A DNA stretch of 64,000 nt, taken from the NCBI GenBank assembly GCA_964016885.1, contig OZ024757.1, forward strand, positions 3,658,001 to 3,722,000, read 5' to 3'. Below, in pieces: positions 53,811 through 64,000 of this stretch. The position numbers and the translations under genes were made by a program. The notes beneath the pieces were generated by a model. It searched no databases and was not told the origin of the DNA. It saw only the letters and a program-made list of their open reading frames with translations. Position 1 is the stretch's first letter. The number at the start of each line of letters is the position of its first letter. Source of the stretch: Eledone cirrhosa (lineage: Eukaryota).

Positions 53811-56800
53811 TAAAATAACAGATTAAAGTTTAAGCAAAGAATCGCTGCTTTCACCCTTAACGGGATTTTCTGAAACTAAAAAAGTCAATCTGTGACCGCA
53901 GAAGTTAATATTGCAGAAGTAAACGTTGCAACCGGAGAAAGACAGGAAGACGATACTTTGGTTCGTGGAAACGTTCCCTGGCAAAGAACGGGAAAAAACG
54001 AAGATAATACGTCATTATTTGGAGCGGTGAAAAACAATTACACGCAAAGACAAAACGACGTTTATGGTATAAAAGAAGTCGTAGAATAATATTCTATTGG
54101 GTGGTTCATGGAGACGTTCTCTGGCAATGAACGGAAAAGAAACGAAGATAATACGTCATTATGTGATCCGTGGAGATCGATTACACGCAAAGACAAAACC
54201 ACGTAAATGGTATAACTGAAGTCGTAGACTAAAATTCTAACTAGAAAAGCGAATGATTCTCGGCTTCCGAGTAAGAATAAAGTAAATAAAATACAGGGGT
54301 AATTGAAATTAAATAAATACATACACGCATCCATATACGTACATACACAAGCATACGCGAAAACACTGGCCATAGGTATACAAATACAAGCAAGTACAAA
54401 AAAAACACCCGCATGCACATACAGAACCCACGCAACGCCTATACCCGCACACATACGAATGTATACACCAAAACCATATAAAAAAATATATATAAAAAAT
54501 ATATATATATATGTGTGTGTGTGTGTGCGTATATACGTATAATTAAATAAACGTATATAAATAAATAAATATGTATATAACGCGCGCACACACATACCTA
54601 GATGTAAATACACATATGTTCGGAGACGTACGTCAACCAAAACACAAAGTACACATATACACACACCCTACATACGTACGAACCCGCATACTCACACAGA
54701 TGCCAAACTCGCGTATACACATAACCAAATGTATATGTACCAGAATATATAATATATACGCCATAACATATACAATCAAATATACGTACGAGAAAATATA
54801 CGTACCTTCACAAAACATACAGGTAATATATACTTACCTATACAAATAAGTAATGAAACGTCCCTTTTATTTCGATAATCAGGGAAAAGTAGACAACAAA
54901 CAGGATAAATTTGGGTTTAAAACCTATAATAACCCTCCGAGTAACCCAGCAATGCTGCCCTTCGAAAATGATGTCTTGGAACTCATACGGAGTATCAAAT
55001 TTCGGAATAGGAGCAATTCCTTCCAGCAGGACCTGAAGAATAGAATTCGTTCTATTAAGGATTCTAATGACGTGCACGTCCATTCTGACAAAACTGGCAA
55101 TCTATATCAAGTGGAGCGCAGTACTTACCATCAACTTCTATAATGCCGTAACTAAGGATTACCGTAAAACTAATCGGAGCATCATTAATGAAATCAACGA
55201 TGCTGGGTTTAAAATCACCTCCGATCTCAACATCCTGGACCGGACTGAACCTCTGGACCCTATTTCTCCTCACTTTACCCTGAAGGATCACAAATCCAAT
55301 TTCCCGAACAACCCCTCTATTCGGCTTATTAACCCCACGAAGTCCGATTTAGGTAGACTTAGTAAAAGGATTTTAGGTAGAATTACATTATACCTGAAAT
55401 TAGAAGTTTGGCCCCTCTTGTACTGTGGAACAATTCTTTCGCAGTGATTGATTGGTTCAACGGCATATGCAACAAGGAACATTGCCGTTTTATCCAATTC
55501 GGCATCAATAATTACTACTCCTCCATCACTTTACCATTTCTCCTTAGAGTTATCAATTTCGCTAAAACACTCACAGTGTTTAAGGATTTCGAAGTTGATG
55601 TCATCCTCAATGCCCGTAAGTCGGTGATTAATTTCGACGACTCTATTTGGATTAAAAAATCTAATAGTACCCCATTCGACGTGAGTATGGGCGCCAGCGA
55701 TTCTGCGGAGGTTACTGATCTTATCGGCCTTTTCTTTCTTTTATCAAACAAGGAAGAATTCCCCAACGTGGGCGGTGGTTTGTACCGTGATAATGGTCTT
55801 TTGACCATGACAAAGTGCGGCCCACGTGCTTGCGACAGGTTCAGAAAAGAACTCACAGCCTTCTTTAAAGGCTTCAACCTCTCCATACAGGTTTAGGCCA
55901 ACCTGTCAGTCGTTAATTACCTCGACGTTACCCTCGATTTGTCGAATGGCTTGCACTACCCGTATAGAAAGCCGAATGATACGCCTGATTACATAAGTAA
56001 GCATTCTAACCATCCTGCCAGCATAACCAAGAACCTGGTAAGAAACGTTTCTTTGAGGCTTTCCCGTCTATCTACTAACAAGCATATTTTCAACGACCAT
56101 TCCACATATTACAATGAAGCTCTTGCTCCGAGTGATTTGTCGATAAGGTAGCATATACAGAGTACGAGAATAGACCTAGAAAAAATAGATCCCGACGCAT
56201 TATATGGTATAACCCACCATATAATATGGAGGTGGCCACACCATTAGCTAAGATCGTTCTCTCCCTTATTACGAAGCATTTTCCCCCAACATAAAGATAG
56301 TAACATTTTAAATAGAAATACCATTAAAAGTTCTTACTCTACGACTCCTAATCTGGCACATAACATCACAGCTTCAAATTTAGCTAAACTACCTAGCCGT
56401 AGGAACATGTGCAACCCTGTAGCTAGCACTAACTGTAATTGTAGGAATAGGGTTGACTGACGCCTATCCGGGAAATCCCTCTCTAGTAACATTGTCTACA
56501 AGTGTAAGGTTGAAACACCCACGTCCTGTAGGGCATACATAGGGTTAACCGCTAATAGATTCAAGCAGCGTCTTTACATGCATACCCATTCTTTTCTGAA
56601 CCCTTTAAGAAGGAATATGACGTCACTTTCAGCTTATATCTGGAGTCTAATAGACAACTACACCCAATATAAGTTACAATGGGAGATCCTAGCTAAGGCT
56701 AGATCGTATAACAGAAATAAAAGACCATGTGACCTTTGCACCGCTGAGGCCCTGGAAATACTCTACGCCAAAGACCACATCTTAAACAAAAAATCTGAGG

Positions 56801-57925
56801 CAATTTCGGCTTGTAAACATAAATTGCACAAAACATTCCTGTATTACAGCCCCACATTAAACCCCAACGGATAGTACGAACTATACACGGATATTTTACG
56901 TCTTGATGTGGTAGCTAAGTATATGTTATGTTTATACCATTACTTATTTGTATAGGTAAGTATATATTACCTGCATGTTTTGTGAGGGTACGTATATTTT
57001 CTCGTACGTATATTTGATTGTATATGTTATGGCGTATATATTATATATACTGGTACATATACATTTGGTTATGTGTATACGCGTTTTTTCCATCTGTGTG
57101 AGTATGCGGGTTCGTACGTATGTAGGGTGTGTGTATATGTGTACTTTGTGTATTTACATGTAGGTATGTGTGTGCGCGCGTTATATACGTATTTATTTAT
57201 TTATATACGTTTATTTAATTATATGTATACACGCACACACATATACATATATATATTTTTATATATATTTTTATGTGGATTTGGTGTATACATTCGTATG
57301 TGTGCGGGTACAGGCGTTGCGTGGGTTCTGTATGTCCGTGCGGCTTTTTTGTGTACGTGCTTGTATTTGTATACCTATGGCGAGTGCTTTCGCGTATGCT
57401 TGTGTATGTACGTATATTGATGCGTGTATGTATTTATTTAATTTCAATTACCTCTGTATTTTATTTACTTTATTCTTAACTCTGAAGCCGAGAATCATTC
57501 GGTTTCCTAGTCTACGACTTCAGTTATACCATTTACGTGGTTTTGTCTTTGCGTGTAATGGTTCTCCACGCACAACATAATGACGTATTATCTTCGGTTT
57601 TTCCGTTCATTGCCAGAGAACGTCTCCATGAACCACCCAATAGAATATTAGTCTACGACTTCTTTTACACCATAAACATGGTTTTGTCTTGGCGTGTAAT
57701 TGTTTTTCACCGCACCAAATAATGACGTATTATTCTCGTTTTTTTCCCGTTCTTTGCCAGGCAACGTTTCCACGAACCAAAGTATCGTCTTCCGGTCTTT
57801 CTCCGGTTGCAACGTTTTTTGAAATATTTACTTCTGCGTTCACAGATTGTCTTTTTTAGTTTCAGAAGATCCCGTTAAGGGCGGAAGCAGCGATTCTTTG
57901 CTTAAACTTTAATCTGTTATTTTAA
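53811..57925 (+). mobile_element. Naiad-type PLE, decayed ORF (~54853-56874) between ~1-kb inverted repeats
   Basis: FGFKT, SDKTGNLY, TLKDHK..F.NNP.IRLINPTKSDLG, MGASDSAEVTDLIG, LYRDNGL, PYRKPND, CDLCTAE; 53811-54855 is reverse complement of 56938-57925. Confidence 0.9.
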
Positions 57926-58046
57926 TAAATATTTGCTCTACGGTTCTTATATATTTGATATATATTTATCCTTATCGAGCCCTCTTTGGATTTTAGTCTT
58001 CAAATTTATTATTATGTATGTGTATGTATGTGTATGTATCTGTATG

Positions 58047-58119
<73 letters not shown>

Positions 58120-58186
58120 CTTTTTATTTATACATATGTGTGTATGTATATATATATATATATATATATACCTATATATATATATG

Positions 58187-58275
<89 letters not shown>

Positions 58276-58298
58276 CTTTTTATTTATACATAGGTGTG

Positions 58299-58339
<41 letters not shown>

Positions 58340-58352
58340 ATATATATATATG

Positions 58353-58389
<37 letters not shown>

Positions 58390-58493
58390 ATATATATACA
58401 CATATACAGGCTCACACACACATACATATATATATACATATACACATACATATACATATATATATATATATACATACATATGTATAAATAAAA

Positions 58494-58538
<45 letters not shown>

Positions 58539-58820
58539 CACATATATACACATACATACACATATACATATAAACGTACGTACACACAAATATACGCATA
58601 CATACGTACATACATACACTCATAAATATACATATATACATAGACACACATATACAGTAAAAGATGAAGAACACCCTACACGTGGAAAGAGCAGATAGGT
58701 AAGAAGTACTTACATGACCATAGTGCCGTGTTTCGGGTCGAGAGGGGGTATGGGTAGGGTGGGAAGGGGTGGAGGTGTAATTTGTCGAGTGGCGTTTTTA
58801 AAAAAAAAGGGAAGTCTGTT

Positions 58821-59000
58821 TTAGCCATCTGGCATTAACACTGGCTTAAGGTATTTGAAAGTTGCAAAGTTTTTGTGCATGCAATTCGGGCAGTGTTCAG
58901 AGAGTTTCTTCAGTAGCGGACCCTTGGCAAATAATATTTCGTAGCTCTCTGAGATACAAAGGTCACAGCACTTGTCTCCTCCTTGTATGAGCGCGCTTTC
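58821..59000 (-). mobile_element. Naiad-type PLE C-terminal fragment
   Basis: GGDKCCDLCISESYEIL..CMHK. Confidence 0.6.
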
Positions 59001-59505
59001 TGGAGTATTTCCATTTAAGCGTGAAGGGGGTGGAGTTCCTTTTGAGGTCCAAAACATAGGAGGCGAGTGTTGTAAGTGGGCGCGTGTGTGAATATGTTTG
59101 TTGACACATGGAATATATATTAAGAAAAACTTCACTATAGGGGATTCACCCCAACACTTGAATCTGTTGATGGAACCTTTTCTGTCTTTGTCACCCTCAT
59201 TTTAGCCTTAAAGAATTAGCTTCTAAAGAATTTCCCTTTTCTTTAAACCACTGAACCCCAGCCATCCTGAAGACACCTGTCTTACAGACATTGTTAATTT
59301 AAGTGATAAACAAGGATTGGTATTCCAATTTTGAACCTGTTTACAGTATTCGTTCTGCCTTTGTTAATCTGCTTTAAAGAATTAGCTTTTTATGAATCCC
59401 CTTTCGTTAAATACTTCAAACAATTACCTATACCGATCCCAATCCCCACCCTCTCCTACCACCAGATAAGGAAAGACATAAATACTACCATTTACTTGAA
59501 CAGCC

Positions 59506-59556
59506 AGCTTCCTGATGATTTCTCACGAATGAAACAGTTCTAGTCTTGTAGAAGCT
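59506..59556 (+). ncRNA. Type I hammerhead ribozyme
   Basis: AGCTTC-CTGATGA-TTTCTCACGAAT-GAAACAG-TTCTAGTC-TTGTA-GAAGCT. Confidence 0.8.
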
Positions 59557-59568
59557 CTTCTATACTAA

Positions 59569-59652
<84 letters not shown>

Positions 59653-59727
59653 AATGGTAGCTATGGTGCTTTCATAGGCGGTATGCCAGTTGAGCACTCT
59701 ATGTTCTTACAGAGCAGAGTGTGATAT

Positions 59728-60074
59728 AATATAAAAAACGAAAAATCAGTGATGCACCTAGACTCAGTTTATTGCGTGTTACAATTGTTTCGCCGGCAGA
59801 TAGCTCCAGACATGATCATTGTATGGATCTGCCTGATTCTATAACTGCTGGTTCTTCGGACACATGCAATGCTTTCGGAGCAAATTTTCTCACTGGGGTG
59901 TTAGCTGCAAAAAACACTTTGCTCCGAAAGCATTGCATGTGTCCGAAGAACCAGCAGTTATAGAATCAGACAGATCCATACAATGATCATGTCTGGAGCT
60001 ATCTGCCGGCGAAACAATTGTAACACGCAATAAACTGAGTCTAGATGCATCACTAATTTTTCGTTTTTTATATT
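59728..60074. repeat. Fold-back (~157-bp arms, ~32-bp spacer) with a long-stem-II HHR in each arm
   Basis: GTGT-CCGAAGA-long hairpin-GAAAC-AATT-GTA-ACAC at ~59939-60026 and its reverse complement at ~59776-59863. Confidence 0.85.
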
Positions 60075-60137
60075 TTATATATATATATATATAGCTGTTG
60101 AAATGGCAGGAGCTCAGCCGTCGGGGTCCCGAATCCT

Positions 60138-60245
<108 letters not shown>

Positions 60246-60304
60246 TTATAATAAATGTGAAGACTAGAATCCGAATATAGAGAGACCCGTAGAGCAAGTA
60301 TATA

Positions 60305-60440
60305 TTAAAATAACAGATTATAGTTTTAGCAAAGAATCGTTGCTTTCACCGTGTTACGGGATCTTCTGAGACTCTTCTGTTTCAGAAGATCCCGTAACAG
60401 GGTGAAAGCACCGAGTCTTTGATCAAATTTAATCTGTACT
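60305..60440. repeat. Mini fold-back of two CAGAAGA-core HHR termini
   Basis: ..cgggatcttctgagact cttc tgtttcagaagatcccg..; same family as 53811 / 57925 ends. Confidence 0.7.
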
Positions 60441-61334
60441 TATAATATATATATATAAATATAAATTTAGCGAGAATCGCATTTCGGCGAGTAGAAATTA
60501 ACGAAACGCAACTTCCGAATTGTGTTGGGAAGCGCTCAATGGATATGAAGTTACCAGAGCTATAAACATAAGTAAAAAATGCCATACAAAACTGAGACGA
60601 TGGTTAAGAAGCCATTAACCATCTAACGCCCAAAAGCGAGCATATATATATATATATATTGGTAAAAGGAAAAGAAAATGCTGACAAATTGTTCCCAGTG
60701 AAAAATAGTTTAATTAGGAATAAGTAAAAATTACTAATAAGTATTGGTTAGTATTCAGTTTTGGTTTTAAGTTTTTACCGGTTGCGCATTTCTAATGCTT
60801 TTCAAAAATAATTTTGAGATAGAGCGCCCGTGATGTTTGCTCTAATCTGATTAGTTTTGGAAATTCTACCTGTTTTATGTGAAAAAAGTGGCTCCAGATG
60901 TATTAAAATAAGTTTCGCGCCAATTCGTGTTGCAAAAATTCTTGTGGTCAAAACAATTTTGATTGGTCGGTAGGGGTCATGTGAATGTTAAAAATTGATT
61001 TTGCGCTAAATGTAGGTTTGTCTCGGCTGATTGAGAAGTCACTGAAAAATAAGTCTTTTAAGACAAATATCTCTGTGTGTGTGTAGTAGTAGTAAAGAGG
61101 TTCATTGTTGGTAGGGATGTGTCAGTAGGGATGGTCAGTAGGATGTGTGTGTATTTGCAGTCATGTTGACAGGTCAACAGTTCAGGTGCCTATTAAGACA
61201 AGTGTGTGTGTGGGGGGGGGGGGTAGCAGAGTAATTCGTGGTAGAGGGATCGGTCAGTAGGAATGTGTCTGTACGTGTGTGGGGGATATTTTAACATGTC
61301 GAAAGATATTTTTCAGCTCTTGTCTTATACGGAG

Positions 61335-61426
<92 letters not shown>

Positions 61427-61752
61427 CTCTTTGTATGTTAGTGTACGCGTGTGTGTATATATATATGTGTGTGTGTATATGTGTGTATGTGTGTGTGTGG
61501 GTGGACTAGTATTTTTGTGATACTGGTAAAAATGTTGTACATTATTCGATATTTTCAGTAAAAACGATTCTCTCAATAGAACATTAAGGACATTTAAATA
61601 AATCTAAGGTAAAAGACTAATTGTCAACAATATCTTTTGCATTTGCATTCTTTATTCTATGCCCATACCTGCATTGTTTTGTCTTTATTATACATATACA
61701 AACGTTTATATATATATATATATATATACAGACACACACATATATATATATA

Positions 61753-61839
<87 letters not shown>

Positions 61840-62042
61840 CAAACAAGGGGAGAAGAATACTGCATGGTTGCACATGGATTACATGGATTACATGGATTAC
61901 ATATACATCCATATATATATTGCTATTTCAGAGCTCCAATTCTAATTTTTAATTTCTGCCTGACCAACAACCGCTCTGGATAATCAGCTCCTGATTATTT
62001 ACTAGATTTCTATAAGAATATAACATCAGTGATCTCGGTAGG

Positions 62043-62112
62043 CAGGAGGGGTAGTTAGCCTTGATAAGCTTCAACCAAAGCGAAACAAGGCCTTGTCGGC
62101 TTATCTCCCCTG
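62043..62112 (+). ncRNA. Type I hammerhead ribozyme with compensated U3-A8 core
   Basis: AGCC-TTGATAA-GCTT(CAACCA)AAGC-GAAAC-AAGGCCTT-GTC-GGCT; all three stems pair. Confidence 0.75.
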
Positions 62113-62399
62113 TTTGCTGAGATCAAAGTAAGTGAATTTGTCACTACTTTAAAACAATAGTCTTCAAAATGCTTTTAATTAAGCATAAAGTGTATTGCAA
62201 AATACATTATATATACATCCATATATATATTGCTATTTCAGAGCTCCAATTCTAATTTTTAAAAATATTAATGTTATTAAGGATATAATGTGAAAAGGAG
62301 AAGAATGAATGAGTTATGAATTTAGAGGAATTAGTTAGGGTTTAAGTTTGTTTTTATGTAATGTAATATGTGTACGTAAATAGTTTGTTTAAAATGAGC

Positions 62400-63940
62400 G
62401 CGGTGGAATTTATTGTGACGATGGACTTTTTACTATCTTAAACTGCAACTTAGTTAACCTTAATATTATTAAGAACAATATACGTGATCTCTTTAAGCGT
62501 CATAACCTTAAAATTGAATTTGATAACAACGTCAAACTAGCTAACTTTATATATCCCTTAAGTTTGACACTGGCCTGTATTACCCTTACCATAAAAACAA
62601 TGAGAATCTAAATTATGTTAATTTTAAATCTAACCACCCACTACATTAAACATGCTATAATCAGTAATATTGGAAAAATAATCTCAAACCTATCCTCTAA
62701 TAAAGATATATTCGATGCTACCGCCAATTACTATGACAATACGCTTTCTAAAGCCGGTTATCCTGATAAAATTAAATACAGTAAAAAAAACAATCCTAGA
62801 AGGTCTTACAGTAAAATAATTAATTATGAACATTCCAATAACTTAAATAAAAGACCTAGATACAAAACTATAATCTGGTATAATGCTCCTTTTTCTATTT
62901 CTATTAATAATAATTATTTCTACATTAGGCACAAGGCCAGCAATTACCCAGTATATTACTGTTACTTTATTTTATCGACCCCGTAAGGATGAAAGGCAAA
63001 GTTAAACTCGGCGGGATTTGAACTCAGAATGGCAAGGGCCGTAACTCTATGCGTCAAAGCATGGCGTCCGACCCTCTACCGATACTGCCAATCCCCCGCC
63101 TATTAATAATAATATTAATAATCTATTCTTTAGGGCCTTAGATAAATGCTTCCCTCCCTCACATATCTATAGTAAAATATTTAACAAACATACAATAACA
63201 TTTTCTTATTCCACCTCTTCCAAAATCTCTAACATTATCTCTAAACACAACAATAACATTTTAAATAATAAATCACATCCTTCCAACACTGAGCGTCATA
63301 ATAATAGCAGTAGTACTCCCGACGTCATTGTTAACTCTAGGCTAGATTCTGTAAACTTAAATACGACGTCAAAAGTAACTTCGTTGAATGTTCATAATAC
63401 CAATCTAAATCAGGAAACTATTATTCCTATCGTAAATAACTTCTCCAATCCAGTTCTATAAATTACACTAGGTCACTTGTTAATAACTCTGTTAATTTCT
63501 CTAATCGTAATTGTAATTGCCCTGTTAGAACTAAATGTCCTCTTAATAACCATTGTCTTGATAAAAACTTAGTCTATGAATGTAAGGTTATAACTGATAC
63601 CAATTCCTTTACCTATTTCGGTTCCACCTCTACTTCCTTCAAAGCTAGATTTTATAATCACAATTCGTCTTTTAGATACCAACTTAAAAGAACTATCACG
63701 GCACTCTCGGAACTCATATGGTCCTTGAAAGACAAAAATATTAACTATAACATCTCTTGGAGGAAGGTTTGTTCTGCTTTTCCTTACTTGAATTCTTCCC
63801 TATCCAGAACATGTAATCTCTGCCTAGCCGAGAAATTTACCATTATATCTAATTTCAATTCTATAATAAATAGATGCATGGATTTATTTTCTCTCTGCTT
63901 GCATAAATTCAACAGAACATTCCATAAAGTATACAGCTAA
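62400..63940 (+). mobile_element. Decayed Naiad-type PLE interrupted by a SINE
   Basis: GIYCDDGL, IIWYNAPFS, CNCPVRTKCPLNNHC, YFGST, CNLCLAEK. Confidence 0.83.
62915..63099 (-). mobile_element. tRNA-derived SINE with TSD CTATTAATAATAAT
   Basis: Reverse complement of SINE consensus; duplication at 62901-62914 and 63100-63113. Confidence 0.88.
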
Positions 63941-64000
63941 TATCTCAACACCTTACTAGTTTAAAATCCTTTTTCTCAAAGGCTTATATATCTTTTACAA

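Noticed and set aside
53811-57925. DNA transposon with 1-kb TIRs
   Set aside because: Internal ORF is PLE RT/GIY-YIG, and the inverted arm is a copy of the element's own 3' UTR

Overview
Eukaryotic, repeat-saturated window with no convincing host protein-coding gene. The mix of repeat families suggests a mollusc, probably an octopus/cephalopod (inference). Nearly all track ORFs are microsatellite artefacts or retroelement ORFs. Contents: (1) many Penelope-like elements (PLEs): several decayed Naiad-type copies, mostly in fold-back (inverted) arrangement, and one near-complete Neptune-type copy with ~620-bp direct pLTRs; (2) about 25-28 intact or degenerate hammerhead ribozyme (HHR) motifs at PLE ends, including families with non-canonical cores (compensated U3-A8, C4, A4) and very long stem II; (3) an intact two-ORF Tx1/L1-type LINE in an (ATCT)n tract, plus several Tx1 fragments; (4) three R4/Dong-type RLE LINEs, two of them stacked with SINEs and Tx1 ends in (ATT)n tracts; (5) a CR1-like fragment split by a Tx1; (6) six copies of a tRNA-derived SINE, two non-autonomous Helitrons, a MITE, a 45-bp SINE-derived minisatellite and other satellites; (7) a minus-strand branchpoint/polypyrimidine/CAG|GTAAGT motif that looks like a recursive splice site, hinting that the window lies in a very long intron. 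All calls are by eye; boundaries are approximate to a few or tens of bases.
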